A stretch of DNA of 64,000 bases. It comes from a virus (taxonomy: Duplodnaviria; Caudoviricetes). Below the pieces are notes generated by a model, which saw nothing but the letters and a program-made list of their open reading frames with translations, made no database searches and was not told where the DNA came from. The DNA lies in IMG/VR virus record IMGVR_UViG_3300042451_000960; one strand, 5' to 3'. Positions 37,535 to 46,758 of the stretch are shown here, piece after piece. Position 1 is the stretch's first letter, and the number at the start of each line of letters is the position of its first letter. The position numbers and the translations under genes are program-made.

Positions 37535-38722
37535 TTATTTTTTTACAGGTAGTACATAACCTAATGCTTTTGCAGTAGTAGTTTTCTTTTTAAATACACC
37601 AACCCCATTTCTACTAAACCCACCACCAGAAGTATTACCTTCTATCGTTTTAACTATATTTCCATCAACCGATTCTACAATACCTATATGATGTGCATCA
37701 GCAGGTGTACCATATAATATGGCTGCTCCTATTGCTGGTGTTGTACTCCACAATCCATTTTTCTTTGCCCAACTAACCCATTGGTCACATCCTGCACTAT
37801 TTGGTGATTTTGCTCCCGCTGATTTGAACCAACTTGAAACAGCAGCTGCACACCAAAAGGCTGGTGCTTTATGACCAACTCCAGCAAGAACAGAAGAAAC
37901 ATAAGGTCCCCAATTTTCAGGTTTGCCCGGTGGGAGTGGGTTTTCTAATTTACCAACATCCATATTTGCATAAGCAACAATTCTTTTTCCAATATCGGAT
38001 TCAGCCACATTTGGTGGTGGTCCTTGTGGTTCATCTGCTGGTCTTGATGGTGTATTAGTTGTGACCTGAATTGGATTTGTAACACCACCATCTAAAGGTA
38101 TTTCAGTTCTTATTGGTGGTGTTCTAACATCTTCATCATCTACTGAATAGTTTTCATTTGTGGCTAATCTAGTTTCTTGATAAGATATTTGTTCTTTTGC
38201 TGCTTCTTTTATATCTTCAGAAACTTCTGGGTCATTTTCTATTGCTGCAAGTTCTTGTTTGGCACTTTCTAAATCTTCTTTTGCTCCTTGTTTTTGTTCT
38301 TCACTCATTTCAAAGTTTGGTTGTCCGCCTAAACTTTGTGGTGGTTGCCATTGGCCTGGATTACTAATTGAATTAGAAATTACAGCAACATTTACAACAG
38401 CACCAACAGCTGGTATGATGGGAATTGGCGTATTATACATTGTACCACTTGTCCAATATGCTAAAACACCCTTTCCCATTTCACCAACCAAATCATAAGG
38501 TTGTTTTGATGTTAAACCTTTTTGTAAAGCAACTACAAAAAGTTGTTTCATTGCTTCAACATTACCTTTTTGTAAAGGTACACCATGTACAGTATCTTTA
38601 CCTCTTTTTATCGCAGCATCATATTCTCTAGCATACAATTCAGCTACCTGTTCTATACTTCTTATTTGGTCTGGATTGTTAGCAACATTTAATATATTAT
38701 TTTTGAATATCTCCCAAGACAT
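37535..38722 (-). CDS. Virion-associated CHAP-domain peptidoglycan hydrolase
   Basis: NWGPYV...AFWCAAAVSSW...HHIGIVE...TIEGNT. Confidence 0.85.
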   Translation of the reverse strand: MSWEIFKNNILNVANNPDQIRSIEQVAELYAREYDAAIKRGKDTVHGVPLQKGNVEAMKQLFVVALQKGLTSKQPYDLVGEMGKGVLAYWTSGTMYNTPIPIIPAVGAVVNVAVISNSISNPGQWQPPQSLGGQPNFEMSEEQKQGAKEDLESAKQELAAIENDPEVSEDIKEAAKEQISYQETRLATNENYSVDDEDVRTPPIRTEIPLDGGVTNPIQVTTNTPSRPADEPQGPPPNVAESDIGKRIVAYANMDVGKLENPLPPGKPENWGPYVSSVLAGVGHKAPAFWCAAAVSSWFKSAGAKSPNSAGCDQWVSWAKKNGLWSTTPAIGAAILYGTPADAHHIGIVESVDGNIVKTIEGNTSGGGFSRNGVGVFKKKTTTAKALGYVLPVKK

Positions 38723-39951
38723 TATGAAGTTTTGTTTAAGTTACTCAAAGCAGTTTTTAATTTACTTTTTATTGAATTAAATGTTGGTAAGTTTTCAGGT
38801 CCTACCTTTGATGGACCAGATGGTGTTAAATAATTTTGGGCTACTATTGCATCAATAAGTTCTTCCATAATAGAAACCCACTTATCACCCTTTACTAAAG
38901 GTTCTAACTCTTTATCACCTAAATTTATTTTACCATTACCTGTGTTGAGGTTTACATCTCTATCGTTAGTTTTTACATTCGTATTATCCCCAACGTTTAT
39001 ATCTATTCCTAATTTGTTATCAATTGATAATCCACCATCAGAAATAAATCCGTAATTCTTTTTAGAATAAAAAATCATTTCCGCATTTTTTGCAGATAAT
39101 ATAATTCTTCCCGAATTTATTAAAATTTGGTCTCCTTTTAATGTAGATGGATATGATTTAAAACTATTTGGTTTTGTTTCAAAATCAGAAGTTCCTTTAT
39201 CATCAACAGTACCGGGTGCAAAGTTTAATTGATACTGATTAGAGCTTAATGTAATTATACTACCATCTCTAGCAACGTCTTCATTTATTGTATTTGCATT
39301 ATCATTATTTCTTGTAATTGAACTCTCTCCATTTCTTATTATTACTGTTGGTGAAAACGTTCTATCGTTGTTATTGTAAGCGGAAAATCTTATTGATTGT
39401 CCAAATCGGCTTTCAATAAGCATATCACCTTCATTAAGTTTTAATTTGTGTATTCCATTTTCTAATTTAAAATAATCACCATAGCCATCATACTTTGTTG
39501 ATTCATCTGCATTAGTTCTTTGAATTCCCGTTGATTGTACTTTATTATAATCTTGTGCACTTTGAGAATTATCCTTTTCAGGTGAAAATAATTTTGAAAT
39601 TGTAGTTTCTGGTGTATTAACATTTGGACTTGCTTCATTTCCAATTCTTTTATAATAAGGTTGTCCATTTCCAGCTACTATAATTTCAACTATTTCATTT
39701 TTAACAGGTAATGATTTGAAATTTTTATCAAATGGTAGTGCAACAGGTAATTTTGCTTCATCAGAAGACATCTGTCCACTAAATCTAAATTGAATAGCCC
39801 CTACATAACTTACATCTAAATCTTTATTTTTAATAACAGGACTTGTTTCATCCAAAATAATAGCATAAACAGTGCCCAATCCTTTTGGAGTAGAACCTAC
39901 GGCGTTTTGTGATGACCTTGCTGATGTTACTCTTGAATTTTCTAATGGCAT
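38722..39951 (-). CDS. Baseplate hub / central spike protein (T4 gp5/VgrG-like OB-fold + beta-helix)
   Basis: LPVKNEIVEII; EGDMLIESRFGQSIRFS; GDQILINSGRIILSAK; INLG...EPLVKGD. Confidence 0.7.
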   Translation of the reverse strand: MPLENSRVTSARSSQNAVGSTPKGLGTVYAIILDETSPVIKNKDLDVSYVGAIQFRFSGQMSSDEAKLPVALPFDKNFKSLPVKNEIVEIIVAGNGQPYYKRIGNEASPNVNTPETTISKLFSPEKDNSQSAQDYNKVQSTGIQRTNADESTKYDGYGDYFKLENGIHKLKLNEGDMLIESRFGQSIRFSAYNNNDRTFSPTVIIRNGESSITRNNDNANTINEDVARDGSIITLSSNQYQLNFAPGTVDDKGTSDFETKPNSFKSYPSTLKGDQILINSGRIILSAKNAEMIFYSKKNYGFISDGGLSIDNKLGIDINVGDNTNVKTNDRDVNLNTGNGKINLGDKELEPLVKGDKWVSIMEELIDAIVAQNYLTPSGPSKVGPENLPTFNSIKSKLKTALSNLNKTS

Positions 39952-39952
39952 C

Positions 39953-40345
39953 TTATTTTATTGATTTTTTTAATTCTTCCAACTCAAACTCCAAATCATC
40001 TACTCTCTCAACCTCTTGCTTAGTTTCTTCTAATTCTTTGAGTAGTTGATTTTTTTCAAATTCAGTTAGGAATCCATCTTGTCCTTCGGTTTTCTTTTCA
40101 GATGCTATAATTTTAGTTGCAATTGTTGCAAGTTTAACCAATTGGTCATCGTTCTTTACAGAACTATCAATTAGTGAAGATAGGATAGGTCCTATACTTG
40201 CCACATCTCCAGCGTGCTTAATCATTTTTTTAAGTTCTTCTATTAAAGAACTTATCCTTTGTTTCTTTGAAGTTTGGTTGTTATAAATGTCCTCAAATAG
40301 AGAACTTAGGTTTTTTCCTTTAAATAACTCGAAATCTGTTGACAT
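39953..40345 (-). CDS. Helical hypothetical protein
   Basis: 130 aa; promoter motif upstream. Confidence 0.7.
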   Translation of the reverse strand: MSTDFELFKGKNLSSLFEDIYNNQTSKKQRISSLIEELKKMIKHAGDVASIGPILSSLIDSSVKNDDQLVKLATIATKIIASEKKTEGQDGFLTEFEKNQLLKELEETKQEVERVDDLEFELEELKKSIK

Positions 40346-40369
40346 ACGTTTTTCTATTTTAGGTATGTC

Positions 40370-40378
40370 TATAAATAT
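40370..40378 (-). promoter_or_regulatory. Phage-specific promoter motif ATATTTATA
   Basis: Intergenic, upstream of the ATG at 40345. Confidence 0.65.
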
Positions 40379-40398
40379 GTATAATGAAAAAAGTGGGG

Positions 40399-41211
40399 TT
40401 ATAATTCGATTACCTGTATTTTTATCTTAGGTTGGTAATCTTTAGGTAGTTGATTGTTTATACCTTTAAATTCTTTTACTTTATCTTTAAAATATGTAAT
40501 TTGTAATATACGGTCTGTTAGATTCATTACCGTTTGTGATGATGTAGACATCTCTTTGGTGTCCCTTTTCATATTTAACATAGGTTTTTTTGGAAAGTAT
40601 TCCTTTCTCATAGCTTGTGCTATTTCTTTCCAATCATCTACTTTATCAACCGATTTTTCAGCTGATATTTTTCTCATTTTAGAACTTAAATACTTTTCTC
40701 CATTCGTATATCCAGCATCGGTGAACAAATGTCCGTGATTTGTACGAACCACTGCTGATTCTGAATTTTGTAGTTTAATATCAGGTTTATGTTTTGATGT
40801 GGTCTCAACACTAATCATATGTTTTGGAGAAGATAGAAATGTATGTCCTTTTAGAGCCAATCCACTTTTACCTTTATATGTTATAGATGCTTTTAATGCC
40901 TGTTTAAGTGTTGGTTGTTTAATGATGTTTCTCATTTTATCACCATCAGGACCTGGCTTCCCACCCTTCTTTACAATCTTATGTTCGGCTTCATCGTGCC
41001 CAACTAATAGTGCTGAGTTTACAACACCAATTCCGTTTTCATTTAGTCCTTCACTCCAATCTGTGATTAAATCATGCAGATATGCAACTTCCACACCATC
41101 AATAATAGTGTGAACAATTTCTAAAGATGGGTTGTAAGCTCTATCTCTATTTTTAGCTAATATAAATTTATCACCAACTTCTTTGGATACAATGATACAT
41201 TCGTTTATCAT
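40399..41211 (-). CDS. N-terminal-nucleophile (Ntn) hydrolase-like protein (C45/NRDE-like)
   Basis: MINE-CIIV...LAKNRDR...WSEGLNENGI...VRTNH. Confidence 0.7.
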   Translation of the reverse strand: MINECIIVSKEVGDKFILAKNRDRAYNPSLEIVHTIIDGVEVAYLHDLITDWSEGLNENGIGVVNSALLVGHDEAEHKIVKKGGKPGPDGDKMRNIIKQPTLKQALKASITYKGKSGLALKGHTFLSSPKHMISVETTSKHKPDIKLQNSESAVVRTNHGHLFTDAGYTNGEKYLSSKMRKISAEKSVDKVDDWKEIAQAMRKEYFPKKPMLNMKRDTKEMSTSSQTVMNLTDRILQITYFKDKVKEFKGINNQLPKDYQPKIKIQVIEL

Positions 41212-41975
41212 ATCTTTTCCAATCCTTGCTTTTCTGCGTATTGATTTATAAAACCTTTTACTTGTCCACTTTGTAAAACACTAGTAAATTCATCAACTGC
41301 TTTATTTAGTGTTAGTAATTTCCATTGAAAATATGTTACATTTAACATAGTATCGGTTGGTATATTTCTAGAACTTTTATCCTTATCAGGATATAATTCT
41401 TTAAATACTTTTTCCAATTCATTTTCTGCCGGTTTGCTTGTCAACCATTTTCTAACTAATGATTTTTCATAAGTAAACTTTTCAAAATCAAATTTACCAT
41501 TTTTTTCTTTTGATTGTAATGATTTAAGTTTACTATCATTTTTTAAAGTATAGTAAACAAACTTATTAAATTTATCATTTTTATCCAATCTATCCAACCA
41601 CTTAATATATGCTTTACCAATTTCTTTTTCTTTAACCGATTTTCCTCTAAATGAAAGGATGGCTTGCTTAATTGCCCAAATAGCACCATTAACTAAAATG
41701 AATATTAAAGCATCTTGTAATATACCCTCTTTTAATATTTCAGATAATTTACTTTCCGATTTATGCTTCTTTATTGTTTGTGATTGTTTAAAGTTATTCA
41801 TTGTTTGTTGAATAACTTTTATTTGATTTTTTTGTAATTTTACTGTTTCAGAACTTTTATCTTTTGCTTTAGATATTTTATCTTGTAAATGTTTAATTCT
41901 CTCTTTATACTTAGAGATTCTTTCATTTGGAGTCTGATGACGATGTTCTAATAATATGTTAGTAAGTCTAATCAT
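41208..41975 (-). CDS. Hypothetical protein with MIRLTNILLE leader (putative head-packaged protein)
   Basis: 255 aa; shared leader plus an internal KLSEILKE copy. Confidence 0.7.
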   Translation of the reverse strand: MIRLTNILLEHRHQTPNERISKYKERIKHLQDKISKAKDKSSETVKLQKNQIKVIQQTMNNFKQSQTIKKHKSESKLSEILKEGILQDALIFILVNGAIWAIKQAILSFRGKSVKEKEIGKAYIKWLDRLDKNDKFNKFVYYTLKNDSKLKSLQSKEKNGKFDFEKFTYEKSLVRKWLTSKPAENELEKVFKELYPDKDKSSRNIPTDTMLNVTYFQWKLLTLNKAVDEFTSVLQSGQVKGFINQYAEKQGLEKI

Positions 41976-41977
41976 TA

Positions 41978-42325
41978 TTAGTTAATATAGCAATTCAATT
42001 CGTATTCATTTTGACCACCATACATACTTCTAACTAAAGAACCATCAGAATCTCTTTTGAAAGTACCCATATTATAGACTTGAATATGTAACATTTTCTT
42101 TTGTGGCTTTCCACCTTTAGTTAATTCAATTGAAAATCTATTTGTCTTACCAGCGGATGGTTTTCTAGGGCCCATTCCTATTTTTCTAAAAGAATCTTCA
42201 TCATCAACTTCATATCCTTTTTTCTCCGCATATTCTTTAGCCGTAGCTATTGCTGCTGAGTATGTTTTATGATATACTTGATAATCTGATTTTGCTTCTG
42301 TTATTAAATCTTTTAACTTTATCAT
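41978..42325 (-). CDS. Hypothetical protein with MIKLKDLITE leader
   Basis: 115 aa. Confidence 0.75.
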   Translation of the reverse strand: MIKLKDLITEAKSDYQVYHKTYSAAIATAKEYAEKKGYEVDDEDSFRKIGMGPRKPSAGKTNRFSIELTKGGKPQKKMLHIQVYNMGTFKRDSDGSLVRSMYGGQNEYELNCYIN

Positions 42326-42326
42326 A

Positions 42327-42599
42327 TTAAAATCCTATTGAAATTACATCACCATCTGCTTCAACCCAACGAATCTTTAATGCTAATAATTTTTTAAGAG
42401 TATCGGCGCCAAAACGATAACCAGTTCCAAAATTACCTCTTGCTGGAATATCTACCACCATTCCGTGAATACCAGCAAAAATTTGAGAATGGTCTGCACC
42501 AATTACTTTTTGAAATGCTACAACCTGTTTTTGTTGAATAGGCTTTAATTCTTTGAATTTTACTTCCGATGCTTCGTTTAGTTGAGTAAGCTTTATCAT
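42327..42599 (-). CDS. Hypothetical protein with MIKLTQLNE leader
   Basis: 90 aa. Confidence 0.7.
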   Translation of the reverse strand: MIKLTQLNEASEVKFKELKPIQQKQVVAFQKVIGADHSQIFAGIHGMVVDIPARGNFGTGYRFGADTLKKLLALKIRWVEADGDVISIGF

Positions 42600-42600
42600 T

Positions 42601-43257
42601 TTATTTCTTTAATTTAATTTTCCAATATGTACCAAAACCAACATAAGGTGAGAATGAACCATTAGTTCCATCGGTAGTTCTATTATTTACACCCAAACCA
42701 AATTGATAAATTTTATCTTTTTTAGTTTTTAATATTAGACCAGCTCCAACTGCAGATACATAATCTTCTTTGTTAAACCCAGCATTCAAACCATAATAAA
42801 GTTGTGCTTTTGCAGGTTCTTTAACAATAAGTTCTTCTTTAATTGTTCTTTCTTTTACTTTAGCATCCCAAGTTCTACCCAAAATTCTATTCTTTGTGAT
42901 AGTATCGGTAAGAGCAATAGTTCCTAATCCACCATCTAATACTAATGTATCTTTATAGATAATTTTAGCTAAGTAATCTTTAAGAATAGCTGCACTATCT
43001 ACATTTACCAATTCTTTAAGAACTAAGGTATCTACATCAATTACTTCATGTACAATATCTTTACCTTTTTTAGTTACTGTTTTAATCTTTTCAACTTCTA
43101 CAGTATCAATTGTATGTTTAATAACCTCATATTTTTTACCATCAATTCTGATAGTTCTTCCACCTGGCATTACTCCACCTGGATTAAACCATTGTAAAAG
43201 TATGTAGATGATTAATGCTGCAATAGCAATGTTTTTAAAATTAACAAATTTTTTCAT
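42601..43257 (-). CDS. N-terminally membrane-anchored periplasmic protein (possible spanin-like lysis component)
   Basis: One hydrophobic helix IAIAALIIYILLQWF, followed by a beta-rich C-terminus. Confidence 0.6.
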   Translation of the reverse strand: MKKFVNFKNIAIAALIIYILLQWFNPGGVMPGGRTIRIDGKKYEVIKHTIDTVEVEKIKTVTKKGKDIVHEVIDVDTLVLKELVNVDSAAILKDYLAKIIYKDTLVLDGGLGTIALTDTITKNRILGRTWDAKVKERTIKEELIVKEPAKAQLYYGLNAGFNKEDYVSAVGAGLILKTKKDKIYQFGLGVNNRTTDGTNGSFSPYVGFGTYWKIKLKK

Positions 43258-43275
43258 AAGACGTGTTTTTATGTG

Positions 43276-43284
43276 TATAAATAT
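43276..43284 (-). promoter_or_regulatory. Phage-specific promoter motif ATATTTATA
   Basis: Intergenic, upstream of the ATG at 43257. Confidence 0.65.
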
Positions 43285-43293
43285 TAATTTGTT

Positions 43294-44652
43294 TTAAAAT
43301 ACCATCTTTGAACCAATTTGGAAGTTGTTCATCAAATTAAATTTAGGTTCAAAGGTCATAGCTCCTCTATACGAAGTTGATAGAGCAAATCGTTTACTAA
43401 GTTTATAATCATATCCTAACCCAATTATAGCACCAGGTTTTCGTGTTACTGAACTATTTCCTGTCAATGTATTCCATGCTATCGGTGATTGCATTAGGAA
43501 TAATTGAGGGGTTAGTGTAACCTTTCTACTATATTGAAATGGTTTCATCCAAAATCCAACTGCAGATGCACTTAGGGATACATCATAACCACCCTCACCC
43601 ATTCTAGGCATCATTAGGGTAATTACACCCACATTATAACCAAATGTTCCGTACTTAGGATGTGGTTTGATGTAGGTATATCCATTAAGGTTCATTAGAG
43701 TTCCTTTAAGGTACGCAAATGTAGTTCCGTATGAATGTATCGCATTTAATTTACCTTCATCAAAATCCATCTTAGTAACCCCAGCACTCAATGCGAATTG
43801 GTTTAGGGTACTCCAAATAAGTGCGGTAGCTGAATATGATTTATCACCCATAAGAGATGATTTAGAAACTCCCACACTCATCATTACAGCATATCTACCT
43901 TCCATATCTTCCGTACCAGCCAAATCAGATGCTAACATCATTGGGTTTGCTACGGATTTCTTTTTTTCTTCTTTTTTCTTTTCTTCCTTCTTCTCCTCTG
44001 ACTTGGATTCTTCTTTCTTTTCTTCCGATTTGCTTTCAGATTTGGATTCCTCTTTTGATTCTGACTTGCTTTCTGATTTGCTCTCTGATTTTGTTTCAGA
44101 TTTAGTCTCTGTTTTAGTTTCAGTTTTGGTTTCGGATGATGAACTTGATGATGAAGATGAACTACTTCCCGATGAAGACGATGAAGAACTACTACCAGAT
44201 GAAGGTGGTGCCGTTGTTGATGGTGTTGATGCAGCTGCTGCGCTTGCACTACTACTTGCAGCGGTAGAAGCCGATGAACTAGCTGCCGAACTTGCAGCAC
44301 TACTTGCAGCCTGTGATGCTGCTTGTGATGCTGCTTGTGATGCTGCTTGAGCAGCTGCTTGAGTTATTGTTTGCTGAACTACTTGATTTGTAGGACATCC
44401 CATTGTTGAATATGCTGTATAAGTTGCGGTTATCCAAACTTGAACCGCACCTGCCATTACTTCCTGTGGTGAGAATACTCTTATTTGATTATAGAAAGAT
44501 ACTGTTGCAAATCCGTTTGTGATTGTAGTGGTTGCTATTTTAATTTCACCAGTACATTTATCTTTATAGGTTTGCGTATAGGTTTGTCCTTCAGCTTTCC
44601 AGCTTACACAAACAAATACCAATATGGTCAATAGTGATAATAATTTTTTCAA
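43294..44652 (-). CDS. Secreted protein with an Ala/Ser/Lys/Glu low-complexity linker and a predicted C-terminal outer-membrane beta-barrel
   Basis: TTG start, Sec signal peptide, (AASQ)n/poly-Ser/(ESKS)n linker, amphipathic beta strands ending in terminal Phe. Confidence 0.75.
   Translation of the reverse strand: MKKLLSLLTILVFVCVSWKAEGQTYTQTYKDKCTGEIKIATTTITNGFATVSFYNQIRVFSPQEVMAGAVQVWITATYTAYSTMGCPTNQVVQQTITQAAAQAASQAASQAASQAASSAASSAASSSASTAASSSASAAAASTPSTTAPPSSGSSSSSSSSGSSSSSSSSSSSETKTETKTETKSETKSESKSESKSESKEESKSESKSEEKKEESKSEEKKEEKKKEEKKKSVANPMMLASDLAGTEDMEGRYAVMMSVGVSKSSLMGDKSYSATALIWSTLNQFALSAGVTKMDFDEGKLNAIHSYGTTFAYLKGTLMNLNGYTYIKPHPKYGTFGYNVGVITLMMPRMGEGGYDVSLSASAVGFWMKPFQYSRKVTLTPQLFLMQSPIAWNTLTGNSSVTRKPGAIIGLGYDYKLSKRFALSTSYRGAMTFEPKFNLMNNFQIGSKMVF
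44312..44347. repeat. Three exact tandem copies of the 12-bp unit TGTGATGCTGCT (codes AASQ repeats)
   Basis: Read directly; lies inside 43294..44652. Confidence 0.9.
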
Positions 44653-44661
44653 AACGATTTA

Positions 44662-45501
44662 TTAGAAATTTAATCCGAGTCCGAATTGAGAATAACCTCT
44701 AATTGGGTCAGAATCAAATTTCAAAGTAAAGTTTTTGAAATCTCTGATAGCACCAAGTTTAATTGATGTAAACTTAGAATTGGATTTAGGAAAAGTAATT
44801 TCACCTACTATATCCTTACCTCTGAATAATATTCTTTCATTTCCAAAACCTATCATAGCATGTACACCAGTTCTCTTAAATCGTTTACCGGCTCCTAAAT
44901 ACATACTTCTTTTTTTAACTAAATCATTTATAAGTGGAAAATCAACTCTATCTAGTGTTCCATAAGGAAAGAAAGTTGAACGGTCTATTTCATAAGTGGA
45001 ACTAAAATCCATTACAAAATATCCTCTATTACCAATTGTGAAGAATCCACCAATTTGTCTATCAGTTGTTTTGTGTAAACCAAAACTGATAATTGGTTTC
45101 TTACCTCTTATTGTATCTCTCTTACCATCTTCGTAAACGTAAATTCTTTGTGGTTGGCGGTAGCCCCAATCATTCCAATAAAATGAAGGTGTGTAGAAGT
45201 TCCAACCAAATGCAGGTGCTCCCCACATATTCCATCTATTGAAACCCCATCCCCAACCCCAATCATTCCATAACCAAGGGTTATTGTTAATGATTATGTT
45301 AGAGCCTGGTTTCGTTTGATGTGGTCTATTAAATTCTCTCGGTGATTCATTTCTCCAACTACTTACATCGTTTCTTTGTGGAGTTGATGGTTGTACCGAT
45401 GATGTGCTTCTTTGTGGTTGTGGAGGATTACTTCTCCAATTACTAACTTGTGAAAAAGCTAGTGTTGGCACAAATGCCAATAAAAATAATAGGTTTTTCA
45501 T
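44662..45501 (-). CDS. Secreted Trp/Gly-rich protein with a predicted small outer-membrane beta-barrel
   Basis: Signal peptide MKNLLFLLAFVPTLAFSQ; WGWGWG-rich segment; C-terminal YSQFGLGLNF beta-signal-like end. Confidence 0.75.
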   Translation of the reverse strand: MKNLLFLLAFVPTLAFSQVSNWRSNPPQPQRSTSSVQPSTPQRNDVSSWRNESPREFNRPHQTKPGSNIIINNNPWLWNDWGWGWGFNRWNMWGAPAFGWNFYTPSFYWNDWGYRQPQRIYVYEDGKRDTIRGKKPIISFGLHKTTDRQIGGFFTIGNRGYFVMDFSSTYEIDRSTFFPYGTLDRVDFPLINDLVKKRSMYLGAGKRFKRTGVHAMIGFGNERILFRGKDIVGEITFPKSNSKFTSIKLGAIRDFKNFTLKFDSDPIRGYSQFGLGLNF

Positions 45502-45521
45502 AGGTATATTATTTAGTTACC

Positions 45522-45557
45522 TATAAATATAAAAAAAGGGAGTTTAATACTCCCTTT
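45522..45557 (-). terminator. Terminator + phage promoter cassette (stem AAAGGGAGT/ACTCCCTTT, U-tract, then ATATTTATA at 45522..45530)
   Basis: 9-bp perfect stem with a 5-nt loop; the first 21 nt are shared with the cassettes at 50967 and 52422. Confidence 0.8.
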
Positions 45558-45561
45558 CTTT

Positions 45562-46758
45562 TTAATTACCTTTAGATGGGAATCTAGCCCACCCATTCAC
45601 CCATATTGGTTTATCTAATTCAGGTATTACAACATCTATTTCTTTATTACTCTTACTTAATGCCAAAGTTTTAAGTTGGTCATTTGTTAGGATTGTGGTT
45701 GCTCTACTGATAAAGTTTAGCGTAGGGTTAAATGTTCCTACTGAATTGTTTTCAAATACAGAAACACCATCTTTTACGAATTGTGCAGTTTCATTACTTT
45801 CTAAACTCAATCCACCTTTCATCCATCCCCAAATTACACTATTCTTCATTGTGAATTGAGTCCCTCTCCTAAATCTTAAACCTAAGTTATGGTTTGCCAA
45901 TGCAGTTGATACATTAGGACCAACTAAAATCATATTGAATAGTTTTGGATGTGTATATGGAGTTGCAGTTGAACCCGTGCCATCATTATCACATTCAATG
46001 CCATTTCCAGCATCTCCGTTATCTACGAATTGTGGGTCTCTCTTTGCTACACCATTTGTAATAGTTCCGGTGTATCCAAAATCAAAATCAAAATCATCAT
46101 CAGCAGTTGCAAATGCATATAAGTTTCTAGCATTTACAGTTCCACCAAAGAATTCAAATGCATCATCGTTAGCATAGATAGTTTGAACATTATCAATTAT
46201 TGTTCCACTACCAACACCACCTAATGTTAATGCGTTGATTTCAGAGTTTGGCATTGAAGCAATTCCAGCGTATTCAATTCTTACATATTTTAGAACACCA
46301 CTATTATCTAAATCGTTTGTTCCACCATAAGGTCTACCAATACCACCTTCGATAGTTGGTTCTGATGTTCTATTGGTTTTTGCTCTACCCAATATTACAA
46401 TACCACCCCAATCACCAGGAGTTCTTTCACCTGCAGGTCTGCCTGATGTAAATACAATTGGTTTTGTTACAGTTCCTTCCGCAATTATTTGTGCACCTCT
46501 TTCGATACACAATGCACCCTTCTCACTTATATCAGAAATGATTGTAGTGCCAGGTTGAATGATAAGTTTAGCACCATCGGTTACATAAACATATCCTTTC
46601 AATGTCCACACTTTGTCTGCTGTCAAAGTTGTTGTTGTGTTAATAGTTCCGGTTAATGTTGTTGATGATGGAATGTTAATAGGTGCATCATCTCCACCCA
46701 ATTCTTTTTGGCAACTGAATAGTCCCAAAATTAAAATAATTCCTAATAGTTTTCTCAT
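45562..46758 (-). CDS. Surface lipoprotein with parallel beta-helix repeats (type usually encoded next to a TonB-dependent receptor)
   Basis: Lipobox LFSC followed by QKE..DD; VYVTDGAKLIIQPGT, GDWGGIVILG, DNSGVLKYVRIEYAG, DDAFEFFGG, DDDFDFDFG. Confidence 0.85.
   Translation of the reverse strand: MRKLLGIILILGLFSCQKELGGDDAPINIPSSTTLTGTINTTTTLTADKVWTLKGYVYVTDGAKLIIQPGTTIISDISEKGALCIERGAQIIAEGTVTKPIVFTSGRPAGERTPGDWGGIVILGRAKTNRTSEPTIEGGIGRPYGGTNDLDNSGVLKYVRIEYAGIASMPNSEINALTLGGVGSGTIIDNVQTIYANDDAFEFFGGTVNARNLYAFATADDDFDFDFGYTGTITNGVAKRDPQFVDNGDAGNGIECDNDGTGSTATPYTHPKLFNMILVGPNVSTALANHNLGLRFRRGTQFTMKNSVIWGWMKGGLSLESNETAQFVKDGVSVFENNSVGTFNPTLNFISRATTILTNDQLKTLALSKSNKEIDVVIPELDKPIWVNGWARFPSKGN

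Noticed and set aside
44003-44350. Repetitive DNA that might be a CRISPR array or VNTR element
   Set aside because: The repeats are short, in-frame and without spacers; they encode the AASQ/Ser/ESKS linker of the 452-aa protein.
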